64,000 bases of DNA from a virus. A program made the position numbers and the translations under genes. The stretch lies in IMG/VR virus record IMGVR_UViG_3300009550_000009; one strand, written 5' to 3'. Positions 29,495 through 37,849 of this stretch are shown in pieces. The notes beneath the pieces were generated by a model. It was given only the letters and a program-made list of their open reading frames with translations, made no database searches and was not told where the DNA came from. Positions within the stretch are counted from its first letter, which is position 1; each line of letters opens with the position of its first letter.

Positions 29495-29707
29495 ATGAAA
29501 AAACGTGCTAACATATGGAATATATGGAAGTATGCCCTTGGTTCCTTCCAAGATGAGACGACTAAAAAGTATGATAATACGATTTGTATTATACGCACTT
29601 TTATTTTCTTACAATTAGTTGTCACCAATTGTTTTATCGTTGCCGGTAACATTCGACACTGGAACGATCATTATACACCACCACATTATGAACGTATTCG
29701 TGACTGA
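29495..29707 (+). CDS. small hypothetical membrane protein
   Basis: IWKYALGSF.D..T..YDN..VTNCFIVAGNIRHWN. Confidence 0.65.
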   Translation: MKKRANIWNIWKYALGSFQDETTKKYDNTICIIRTFIFLQLVVTNCFIVAGNIRHWNDHYTPPHYERIRD

Positions 29708-30224
29708 TCCCTGCCCTTACAAATCGGCAGAAGTATTACCAGACAAACACATAGTTAAGATGCCACTTGAGACTTGCCAGATGTTGGCAGTAGTCTATTC
29801 CAAGTGGTATTTTAATTGGGGAGATGAATTATTATCCAAGAAGGATGGAACACCCTACAACACCAAGAAAGGGGCATTCAGGGGGCATCCGTGCACCGTA
29901 TGGGCAGCAAAAGACATTAAGAACACTGCATGGTTAATTGCACATGGAACTGCCTTATGTTATGAATATTACAAGAGATATGAAAAAATACATTCATGCT
30001 CTAAAACAATGAATGAAGCGAGACATGTTTTTCTTAAATACTCTGGAGAGAAAGATTTTTCTATCTGCAGAAAAGTAAATACATTTGCCTTTGCAGGGCC
30101 TGATGAATTTAAATATGATAAAAGTATTGATATATTTACTGCATACAAAAGATATATTTCAAGTAAACCTTGGGCAGCATCTAATTACTTACGTAATCCA
30201 TCTCGAAAACCTGATTGGTTATGA
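29688..30224 (+). CDS. pyrimidine-dimer glycosylase/DenV-superfamily-like protein
   Basis: MNVFVTDPCP..SA..LPDKHIVKMPLETCQML..HPCTVW; likely start ATG 29688. Confidence 0.65.
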   Translation: MNVFVTDPCPYKSAEVLPDKHIVKMPLETCQMLAVVYSKWYFNWGDELLSKKDGTPYNTKKGAFRGHPCTVWAAKDIKNTAWLIAHGTALCYEYYKRYEKIHSCSKTMNEARHVFLKYSGEKDFSICRKVNTFAFAGPDEFKYDKSIDIFTAYKRYISSKPWAASNYLRNPSRKPDWL

Positions 30225-30340
30225 GTGATCACAAACCCAACAATGATGACAAAATACCTAGATGGTTTTATAATACAGTTATTAGTATGGGTATTATGGT
30301 CTTTATTGCTTTTGGTTTAATTTTATTTGGTATGATATGA
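30221..30340 (+). CDS. 39-aa single-helix membrane protein
   Basis: MSDHKPNNDDKIPRWFYNTVISMGIMVFIAFGLILFGMI; ATGA overlaps at both ends. Confidence 0.6.
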   Translation: MSDHKPNNDDKIPRWFYNTVISMGIMVFIAFGLILFGMI

Positions 30341-30678
30341 AACACGTTCTATTTGATTTAAAACAATGTCTGATCACTCCTCCTTTAGATGATGAGGAGT
30401 ATGTGAAAGAGACTCTAGTAGAGGCAGCAAAGATTGCAAACCTAGAATTACTAAAGGTTGATACACATAAATTTGAACCACATGGCGTGACTGGTTATGC
30501 ATTACTTGCAGAGAGTCACATAAGCATACACACATGGCCTGAAGATGATGTTGCTAGATGTGACTTATTTTCGTGCAATCCAAAGACAGATTACAAATCT
30601 GTGATACAATATATGCAAACCCGTTTTCACTCTATGGAAGTTAAAAGATGGGGATGTGATAGATCTAATTGGTTATGA
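30337..30678 (+). CDS. speD: S-adenosylmethionine decarboxylase proenzyme
   Basis: F.PHGVTG..LLAESHISIHTWPE..DLFSC. Confidence 0.92.
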   Translation: MKHVLFDLKQCLITPPLDDEEYVKETLVEAAKIANLELLKVDTHKFEPHGVTGYALLAESHISIHTWPEDDVARCDLFSCNPKTDYKSVIQYMQTRFHSMEVKRWGCDRSNWL

Positions 30679-31136
30679 AGGAATTTGATTATGAACTCGA
30701 TTACAAGAGACTTAGTTTTACAGACGAGGAAACTCGTAAATTTTATCGTATTGGAAGGGGAGAGCAAGGAGTTTTACTGGTTCGCCCTTATACTAACGAT
30801 ATATGTGCTCATTGGAGATTCAAAACTCCTGATGAAGCAGTAAAATCTTCTAACAAAATTTTTGCAATGTATCTTGATTATCGTGATGAAAAAGATTTCA
30901 TCGGTATGGATATGTGTCGTAAGTTTTTGGAGATGGGATTTACTCGTGCAAGACGATATGCAAATCACAACTCTGGACGTAAGTATGATGATGAGGGAAA
31001 TGTAAAACCACAAGAACCTGATCATGCTACGAGTAAATATGCACAATCTGCAACAATTTTTAAGAAAGTGCGAGATTTAGTGGCTAACAACGATACATAT
31101 AAACATATGAGAAAAACATGGAGGTCTAAAGAATGA
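30675..31136 (+). CDS. DUF4385-family protein
   Basis: YRIGRGEQGVLLVRPY..HWRFKTP..GMDMCRKFLEMGFTRARRYANH. Confidence 0.85.
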   Translation: MKEFDYELDYKRLSFTDEETRKFYRIGRGEQGVLLVRPYTNDICAHWRFKTPDEAVKSSNKIFAMYLDYRDEKDFIGMDMCRKFLEMGFTRARRYANHNSGRKYDDEGNVKPQEPDHATSKYAQSATIFKKVRDLVANNDTYKHMRKTWRSKE

Positions 31137-31297
31137 TTTTTTTATCTAAACCATCAGCGTATTTTTTACCGAATACTTGGGAAGCACCAAACGTGACTTA
31201 CGATTTATTCCCCGCAGAAGTGCAAATGTTAGCATTATGTGTTATGATAGCAGCAGTCGCATTACTATCAACTAGAAGGAAGAGAAAGTTAAACTAA
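31133..31297 (+). CDS. 54-aa membrane protein
   Basis: MIFLSKPSAYFLPNTWE...MLALCVMIAAVALLSTRRKRKLN; ATGA overlap. Confidence 0.6.
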   Translation: MIFLSKPSAYFLPNTWEAPNVTYDLFPAEVQMLALCVMIAAVALLSTRRKRKLN

Positions 31298-31312
31298 ACT
31301 TACTATTTTATT

Positions 31313-32254
31313 ATGAGTGATTTTATATGGGTTGAAAAATATAGACCCAAAACCATTGACGATTGTATTCTTCCAAAAAGTATTAAGAAAACATTTCAAG
31401 ACTTTTTGGAAAAAGGTGAAATACCAAATATGTTGTTATCAGGGCCACCCGGCATTGGTAAAACTACAGTTGCAAAAGCATTATGTCAACAACTTAATGC
31501 TGATTACTACGTTGTTAATGGATCAGATGAAGGTAGATTTCTTGATACTGTAAGAAATAAAGCAGCGAACTTTGCATCAACAGTTTCTTTAGTTGGTGGT
31601 GCAAATCATAAAGTAATTATCATCGATGAGGCAGATAATACTACTCACGATGTTCAACTTTTACTGAGAGCAAATATAGAAACATTCTATAATAACTGTC
31701 GATTTATATTTACTTGTAATTATAAGAATAAGATCATTGAACCTTTGCATTCAAGATGCACTGTTATTGACTTTGCGATCAATAAGAAAGACAAACCTGC
31801 AATCGCAGCATCTTTCTTTCAAAGAATAAATGATATCTTAGATAAAGAGAGAGTAAAGTCTGATAAGAAAGTTTTAGCAGAACTAATTAACAAACACTTT
31901 CCTGATTGGAGGAGAGTATTAAACGAGTGTCAAAGATACTCTGTAAGCGGAGAAATAGACTCCGGTATATTAGCAACCTTTTCTGACGTATCAATCAATG
32001 ATCTCATTAAAAACCTCAAAGAAAAAAACTTTCCGTCGGTTCGTAAATGGTGTGTCGATAACTTGGATAATGATACTACTTTACTTTATCGTCGCATTTA
32101 CGATAGTCTCTACGAATCCTTGGTCTCTAATTCTATTCCTGCTGCCGTTCTTATTCTGGCTAAATATCAATACCAAGTCGCATTCGTAGCAGATCAAGAA
32201 ATAAACATGTTGGCATGTTTAACTGAGATTATGGTAGAGTGTAAATTTAAATGA
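31313..32254 (+). CDS. gp44: clamp loader large subunit gp44
   Basis: WVEKYRP, GPPGIGKTT, IIDEAD, PLHSRC. Confidence 0.97.
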   Translation: MSDFIWVEKYRPKTIDDCILPKSIKKTFQDFLEKGEIPNMLLSGPPGIGKTTVAKALCQQLNADYYVVNGSDEGRFLDTVRNKAANFASTVSLVGGANHKVIIIDEADNTTHDVQLLLRANIETFYNNCRFIFTCNYKNKIIEPLHSRCTVIDFAINKKDKPAIAASFFQRINDILDKERVKSDKKVLAELINKHFPDWRRVLNECQRYSVSGEIDSGILATFSDVSINDLIKNLKEKNFPSVRKWCVDNLDNDTTLLYRRIYDSLYESLVSNSIPAAVLILAKYQYQVAFVADQEINMLACLTEIMVECKFK

Positions 32255-32373
32255 AGAAAGAAAGAGAACCATTCAGACTTAACTGTTTCGGTTTTCTCGG
32301 AATCTTGTTACTATTAAGTGGTATTGGTTCTGGTATTGTTGTCTACTACACTATTATGGAAAACTTAAAATGA
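32251..32373 (+). CDS. 40-aa membrane protein
   Basis: MKKEREPFRLNCFGFLGILLLLSGIGSGIVVYYTIMENLK; ATGA overlaps at both ends. Confidence 0.55.
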   Translation: MKKEREPFRLNCFGFLGILLLLSGIGSGIVVYYTIMENLK

Positions 32374-32615
32374 CCAAATTCACAAAACTAAAACATCAAG
32401 TAAAATCAAACAAATATTATCTGTTCTGGGGTGCTTGCACTATTGCAGTCATGGTAGGACAAATTTATGTTGGCAATGGATATCGTAAAATGTCAGAAAC
32501 TGGTGATGCAATATCCGCTGATATTAATTTATTAATAGAGGTTTTGACCATGCCTTCCGAAAGACAATTTTACTCCGAACCTGAACAACCATTTAAAATG
32601 CCTATCATACAATGA
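32370..32615 (+). CDS. hypothetical membrane protein
   Basis: Coupled ORF with one hydrophobic helix. Confidence 0.65.
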   Translation: MTKFTKLKHQVKSNKYYLFWGACTIAVMVGQIYVGNGYRKMSETGDAISADINLLIEVLTMPSERQFYSEPEQPFKMPIIQ

Positions 32616-33739
32616 TTATCAGTGAAGCAGATGCTACATGGGCTGCTAATGAATTTATTGATTACTTTGGTAGATTTGAAACTATTGAAGACTATATTCG
32701 TTTTACAAAAGAGGCAGCAGTTAAAGAAAGAGGTAAATCAATTGTTTCTCTAAAAGATGAATTCTTCAATGAAGATGTTCATCCAGAGGACATGGATTTT
32801 GAGGTTAAGTTTGTTGGAGATAGATTTCAACAATCTGTTCCTCAAGCATATTATCATGAACTTTTAACTGCAACATCATCTGCAATCATTGAGAAAAATA
32901 TTCCCGGTAGAGAGTTGCGTTGGATAGTATATGAAAAGAATAGTAAGAAGATAATTGGATTCATTCGCTTTGGATCTCCTACGATTAATTCTAAACCAAG
33001 AAATGAATGGTTAGGTCAACCAGCAAATCTTTCTATATTTAATCGCCATGCAGTGATGGGTTTTGCAATCGTTCCATCCCAACCATTTGGATATAATTAT
33101 CTTGGCGGTAAATTACTTGCCTTACTATGTGTATCTCATTTTGCAAGAGAGCATCTTAATGTGGTATTTGAAAAAGATATTGGATGGTTTGAAACAACCT
33201 CTTTATATGGATCTACAACTTCTGCATCACAGTATGATGGTCTAAAACCTTTTATTAGATTTAAAGGTTTAACTGATAGTAAATTTCTTCCTTTATTGCA
33301 TGATAGAGCATTTCATAAATTGCATGATAGATTCACTGTAATTAATGATAATAATCCTGTAACTCCTACTTATGTTTCATCTAAAAAGATGAAGAGACAA
33401 ACTAGAATGATTTCATGGACTAAGAATTCATTGAAAGAATATGGACAAGTAGAAAAACTAAAAAAGTTGGATGGAGTTCTTAAGAATGCATTTAAACTTA
33501 CACAAAGAAAGAGATCATATACTTCTGATTATGGTTATGGTAATGTTCGTGAAGTATTACTTGGTAAGCAAGATAAATTAGTTCGTGGTCAAAACTGGGA
33601 TAAGTTCTATCTTGATAATATTATTTCATGGTGGAAGAAGAAAGCTGGTAAAAGATATGAAAAGTTAAAGTCTGAGGGTAGGTTTAGAACTGAGGTCGAA
33701 CTCTGGACAGAAGATCAAGATATTCAAATTATAAGATAA
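32612..33739 (+). CDS. DUF4338/DruA-like protein
   Basis: PGRELRWIV..IGFIRFGSP..PRN..IVPSQPFGYNYLGGKLLALL..TTSLYG..SQY. Confidence 0.65.
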   Translation: MIISEADATWAANEFIDYFGRFETIEDYIRFTKEAAVKERGKSIVSLKDEFFNEDVHPEDMDFEVKFVGDRFQQSVPQAYYHELLTATSSAIIEKNIPGRELRWIVYEKNSKKIIGFIRFGSPTINSKPRNEWLGQPANLSIFNRHAVMGFAIVPSQPFGYNYLGGKLLALLCVSHFAREHLNVVFEKDIGWFETTSLYGSTTSASQYDGLKPFIRFKGLTDSKFLPLLHDRAFHKLHDRFTVINDNNPVTPTYVSSKKMKRQTRMISWTKNSLKEYGQVEKLKKLDGVLKNAFKLTQRKRSYTSDYGYGNVREVLLGKQDKLVRGQNWDKFYLDNIISWWKKKAGKRYEKLKSEGRFRTEVELWTEDQDIQIIR

Positions 33740-34119
33740 TGGAACTTAAAGATTGGTTGAACTCGATCAACTTCAATAAAGAAAATTTAACTGAAGATGA
33801 TCCAAGTGTAATAAAAGATTATCCTCCATACATTATTAATCGTTGTTTATCAGGACATCTTGATTGTGTAATGTTTGCAAATGAGATGAATAAATATCCT
33901 TTCTTAGATAAGGATCTTCAATATTCTTTTTATCTAAATACACTTAGGAAAAAGAAGAGATTCTCTCCTTGGCTCCGTAAGGATAAAGTCACAGACCTTG
34001 AAATTGTCAAACAATACTATGGTTATAGTAATGAAAAAGCATCACAAGCTCTGAAAATTTTAACCGCCGAACAGATTACTTTTATTAAACAACGACTTGA
34101 TACTGGAGGAATGAAATGA
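33739..34119 (+). CDS. gp62: clamp loader small subunit gp62
   Basis: YPPYIINRCLS..ANEMN..YYGYSNEKA; upstream of regA. Confidence 0.93.
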   Translation: MELKDWLNSINFNKENLTEDDPSVIKDYPPYIINRCLSGHLDCVMFANEMNKYPFLDKDLQYSFYLNTLRKKKRFSPWLRKDKVTDLEIVKQYYGYSNEKASQALKILTAEQITFIKQRLDTGGMK

Positions 34120-34553
34120 CGGTCACTGTTGAACCTACTGTGCAATGGTCTCAAGATCAAATGCTAGAGGTTGTATTAAATGAACCAGATGATTTTTTGA
34201 AAGTTCGTGAGACACTAACCCGTATTGGAGTTGCGTCTAGAAAAGAGAAAAAACTCTATCAATCCTGCCATATTTTACATAAGCAAGGAAAATATTATAT
34301 TGTTCACTTTAAAGAATTATTCGCTTTAGATGGTAAGCATGCTAATCTAACAATTAATGATGTGCAGAGACGTAATCGCATAACTCATTTATTGGCTGAC
34401 TGGGGACTTATTTCTATTGTTAAAGAGGATAGTTGTGTTGATATCGCACCACTAAATCAAATTAAAGTCTTATCATATAAGAATAAATCTGAATGGCAAC
34501 TTGAGCAGAAATACAATATTGGGAAGAAAGGAAAAACAACCGAATCTGAATAA
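34116..34553 (+). CDS. regA: translational repressor RegA
   Basis: DDFLKVRETLTRIG..LYQSCHILHKQG.YYIVHFKELF. Confidence 0.97.
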   Translation: MTVTVEPTVQWSQDQMLEVVLNEPDDFLKVRETLTRIGVASRKEKKLYQSCHILHKQGKYYIVHFKELFALDGKHANLTINDVQRRNRITHLLADWGLISIVKEDSCVDIAPLNQIKVLSYKNKSEWQLEQKYNIGKKGKTTESE

Positions 34554-35261
34554 TTGAAAAAATTTATTTTTGACATTGACGGCACTCTCACACCGAGTCG
34601 TCAACAAATGGATATGTCTTTTATGGCATGGTTTATTATCTTTGAATGTAATCATCCAGTTTATCTTGTAACCGGAAGTGATAGAGAGAAGACTATAGAC
34701 CAAGTTGGTTTAGATGTTTATAATAGAGCAAAGAGAGTTTACAATTGTGCAGGTAATGCGATCTATGAAAAAGATAAACTTGTCTATCAAAATCCTTGGG
34801 TTCTATCTAATGATGCCAAAAAATTTTTATTAGAAGAGTTGGAACAAAGTTCATTTCCAATCAGAACAGGAACTCATATAGAAGATAGGCCTGGATGTGT
34901 AAACTTTAGTATTTTAGGAAGAGGTGCAAACTGGGAAGAAAGGCAAACATATAAAGAATGGGATAAGGAAAAGAATGAAAGAGTTGGTATTGCAAGAAGA
35001 TTTAATAAAAAATTTCCTGATCTCTATGCGTTTGTCGGTGGAGAAACAGGAGTTGATATATCATCAAAAGGTAGTGATAAGGGACAAATCATAAGAGATT
35101 TTTCTTTTGAAGATGACATACATTTTTTTGGTGATAGAATGGACAAAGATGGTAATGATTATCCTTTAGCACAAGAGGTTGACAAAAGAGGAGGAATCAA
35201 TTATCATGTGAACAGTTGGCAAGATACTAACAAGAGATTGCTTGAAATACTTGACATCTAA
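34554..35261 (+). CDS. HAD-IIB phosphomannomutase (eukaryote-type PMM family)
   Basis: FDIDGTLTPSR, VTGSD, IE.R...NFSILGR, GGETGVDI, FFGD...GNDY. Confidence 0.8.
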   Translation: MKKFIFDIDGTLTPSRQQMDMSFMAWFIIFECNHPVYLVTGSDREKTIDQVGLDVYNRAKRVYNCAGNAIYEKDKLVYQNPWVLSNDAKKFLLEELEQSSFPIRTGTHIEDRPGCVNFSILGRGANWEERQTYKEWDKEKNERVGIARRFNKKFPDLYAFVGGETGVDISSKGSDKGQIIRDFSFEDDIHFFGDRMDKDGNDYPLAQEVDKRGGINYHVNSWQDTNKRLLEILDI

Positions 35262-35279
35262 ATAAACTCATACTATAAT
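35251..35279 (+). promoter_or_regulatory. consensus sigma70 promoter
   Basis: TTGACA-17 nt-TATAAT. Confidence 0.85.
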
Positions 35280-35363
35280 AAGTATATCGCAGATTTTTTC
35301 ACAGGTTGAAGGAGGACGCTCGTAACAATACGCAAATTGTAAATCCTATTACCAATTAATAAC

Positions 35364-36668
35364 ATGCCTAATCGTAAGCAAAGACGACAAATTAAAAGAC
35401 TTTTTAAGAGAGTCACAAATATATTACTTAGAAAAAAAGATCCATATAATAAAAATCTCTGGGATCTGTATAATACATTTCACAACCTCTTCGTAGCACC
35501 AGATGATTTTCAAAGACCCTTATCTTGGGGCCCTGAACAAAAAGTAAAATACTTTGATTCTATTTTAATGAATAGAGTTGAAGGAACAATAGTAGTTGTT
35601 AATGCGCCAAAAGCACTTGCAGCACTCAAAAGATATGGTAACAAAAATGCTGGATGTAGCAGCATATCAAAAGCGATAGAACTTTTTGAAAAAGAGATTG
35701 CTAAAGGTAAAAAGTGGATAGTTATTGATGCAAACAATCGTTTAGATTTTATTTGCAACTTATTAGCAGATAACTATGCTATACCAGAGGGTGAGTATGA
35801 ATTTATTCCTGATGCAGACGACAACTTCTCCGGTTCATTTGTTGTTGACAAAACAAACAACAGATTTTCATTACTATCAGATTTGGTGCAAGAGGCTATC
35901 AAAAGTAGAGTCACTGTAATTAGCGAATACGTGCAAACAGATTGGCAAGGAATGTCCATTGCCTTTATTAACACAAATAATATGGTTGCACCTAATGAGC
36001 AAGAAATCAGAAATGCTTTTTACTCTGAATGGCCTGAATACGTTCGTAACCTTCGTAAGCACAATATTGATCTTTTAAGTTTAGTATTTACAAAAGATCC
36101 TGTGAAAAGATATTGTGGTGATGAGTTTCTTCTAAACTGCATTGCTCTGGATAAATCTTGTATCGTTGAAACTGAAACTCTTAATGAGTTTTCAGCAAAA
36201 GTTAATGAAGGAAAAGAAGATAAAGAGGAAAAGTTAAAGATTAACGTGGCATGCAAAGCTTTAACTCAAAAAGTCAAAGATGACATATACATCTCTGAAT
36301 TTGATGAGGATGAAACAGAATATTATGAAAGAGTCTTTATGCATCTTTATGATAATATTCGTAAAATGCAAAAGAATAACGTGCCATTCAATGCAACACA
36401 ATCACTTATACAAAATTTGTTTTGGTTAATGTGTAATGGAATCGATACCTATCAAGAGTTTGAGTTAGCAGTTAAGTATCATCAGGATGCGTATAATGAT
36501 GCGAACATAACTTATTCTGAGGATGCAGCAACATTCAGAAATGCTTGTTCTGGTTCCACTAAAAAGAATATTGAGTTTCGTTACATAATACTATCTCGTA
36601 TAGTAGAGAGGGTAAAGTTAGAAACTCTTATTACTCCAATGAATGAGACCATGAACATAGAGGTTTAA
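35364..36668 (+). CDS. DUF262/ParB-like N-terminal domain protein
   Basis: PDDFQRPLSW..YFDSIL..VIDANNRL..FINTN..N.QEIRNA parallels DUF262 (QR..W / DGQQR / F..IN / E.RNA). Confidence 0.6.
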   Translation: MPNRKQRRQIKRLFKRVTNILLRKKDPYNKNLWDLYNTFHNLFVAPDDFQRPLSWGPEQKVKYFDSILMNRVEGTIVVVNAPKALAALKRYGNKNAGCSSISKAIELFEKEIAKGKKWIVIDANNRLDFICNLLADNYAIPEGEYEFIPDADDNFSGSFVVDKTNNRFSLLSDLVQEAIKSRVTVISEYVQTDWQGMSIAFINTNNMVAPNEQEIRNAFYSEWPEYVRNLRKHNIDLLSLVFTKDPVKRYCGDEFLLNCIALDKSCIVETETLNEFSAKVNEGKEDKEEKLKINVACKALTQKVKDDIYISEFDEDETEYYERVFMHLYDNIRKMQKNNVPFNATQSLIQNLFWLMCNGIDTYQEFELAVKYHQDAYNDANITYSEDAATFRNACSGSTKKNIEFRYIILSRIVERVKLETLITPMNETMNIEV

Positions 36669-36709
36669 TCGGTTAACCGTATATGGAGTGCCAACCGTAT
36701 ATCAAAATT

Positions 36710-36734
36710 GGGGGTATCACTACTCCCTTTTTTT
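36710..36734 (+). terminator. intrinsic terminator
   Basis: GGGGGTA-TCAC-TACTCCC plus T7. Confidence 0.75.
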
Positions 36735-36740
36735 GTGATC

Positions 36741-36800
36741 TGTTATAATTAGTATGTCGCCTTCGGGGACACAATTCACACTCGCTGTAACAGGAGAACT
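36741..36800 (+). promoter_or_regulatory. hsp20 extended -10 promoter and structured 5' UTR
   Basis: TGTTATAAT; cUUCGg hairpin 36755-36771; hairpin 36781-36796 containing the AGGAG SD. Confidence 0.6.
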
Positions 36801-37220
36801 ATGACTAACATTTATCGCGCAAAAGATCTAGGAGAACTATTTGAAAAGATAACAGCCAATTCAATAGGTATTGATAAAGCAATTGAAAGTTTTTGGCAAA
36901 ATCCAAACTCCACTTATCCGCCATTTAATATTCTGCAAGAAAATAATCACGAATCTATTTTAGAAATTGCATTAGCAGGATTTAAAAAAAGTGAAGTTAA
37001 AGTCTACACTGAACATGGAAAGATTATTGTAGAGGGAAAGAAAAACGAAAAAAAAGAAAATGAATATGTCCATCGTGGGATGGCTCAACGATCATTTAAA
37101 AGAGAATGGCAACTTACAGATGATGTGGTTGTAAAGGATGTAAAATTTGAAGATGGATTACTTGTAATTAATCTAGGTAAAGTAGTTCCAGAACATCATG
37201 CTCGAAAAGATTATCTCTAA
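36801..37220 (+). CDS. hsp20: small heat-shock protein Hsp20
   Basis: YPPFNI..LEIALAGF..HRGMAQRSF..FEDGLL. Confidence 0.95.
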   Translation: MTNIYRAKDLGELFEKITANSIGIDKAIESFWQNPNSTYPPFNILQENNHESILEIALAGFKKSEVKVYTEHGKIIVEGKKNEKKENEYVHRGMAQRSFKREWQLTDDVVVKDVKFEDGLLVINLGKVVPEHHARKDYL

Positions 37221-37246
37221 ATAAAAACGAGTTCGAGATGGAACTT

Positions 37247-37281
37247 GGGGATCTTGACGATCCCCTTTTTTATGTTATAAT
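37247..37281 (+). terminator. terminator with -35 box in the loop plus downstream -10
   Basis: GGGGATC-TTGAC-GATCCCC plus T6; TTGACG-16 nt-TATAAT with extended TG. Confidence 0.85.
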
Positions 37282-37302
37282 TATATGAGGACAAAAAACT
37301 AA

Positions 37303-37653
37303 ATGACGGTAAAAATATTATTACTTAAATCTGGTGAAGATGTCATCGCTGATGTCAAGGAGATGATTTCTCCCGAAGAAAAAGTTATTGGATATTTCCT
37401 TACAAAACCTGTTGTGGTTAAGTTAATACCAAAAAAATCTAATAACGACAAAAAAGAAACATCTATATCAATGTTTCCGTGGATGCCCCTTGCAAAAGAA
37501 AAGGCTATACCACTACCAACTGACTGGGTTGTAACTATGGTAACACCCATCGAAAAAATTGAACAAATGTATAAAGAGGAAGTTTTAAATGGAGAAACCA
37601 CCGATCAAACTGATAGTGCTGATGAATCAACAAAAACTAATATCTCAGATTGA
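37303..37653 (+). CDS. conserved hypothetical protein (possible Sm-like fold)
   Basis: LLKSGEDVIADVKE..PWMPL..DWVVT.V.P. Confidence 0.75.
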   Translation: MTVKILLLKSGEDVIADVKEMISPEEKVIGYFLTKPVVVKLIPKKSNNDKKETSISMFPWMPLAKEKAIPLPTDWVVTMVTPIEKIEQMYKEEVLNGETTDQTDSADESTKTNISD

Positions 37654-37849
37654 TGAGATTGGTGCTGACATTGGACAACCTGATTGTAAATTAACTGAAC
37701 CTTTTATAGTTGGAGATAATAATACTTTGTCTCCTTGGTTAGTTGAATCTACCAATCAGAATGTTTTTATGTTATCATCAGATAAGATCCTCACACTTGT
37801 TGATCCCAAACCTACTTTACTTGAAAAATATCAAGACCTTCTTAAATGA
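37589..37849 (+). CDS. conserved hypothetical protein
   Basis: DIGQPDCKL.EPF..L.PW..SDKILT.VDP; usual position upstream of gp43. Confidence 0.75.
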   Translation: MEKPPIKLIVLMNQQKLISQIDEIGADIGQPDCKLTEPFIVGDNNTLSPWLVESTNQNVFMLSSDKILTLVDPKPTLLEKYQDLLK

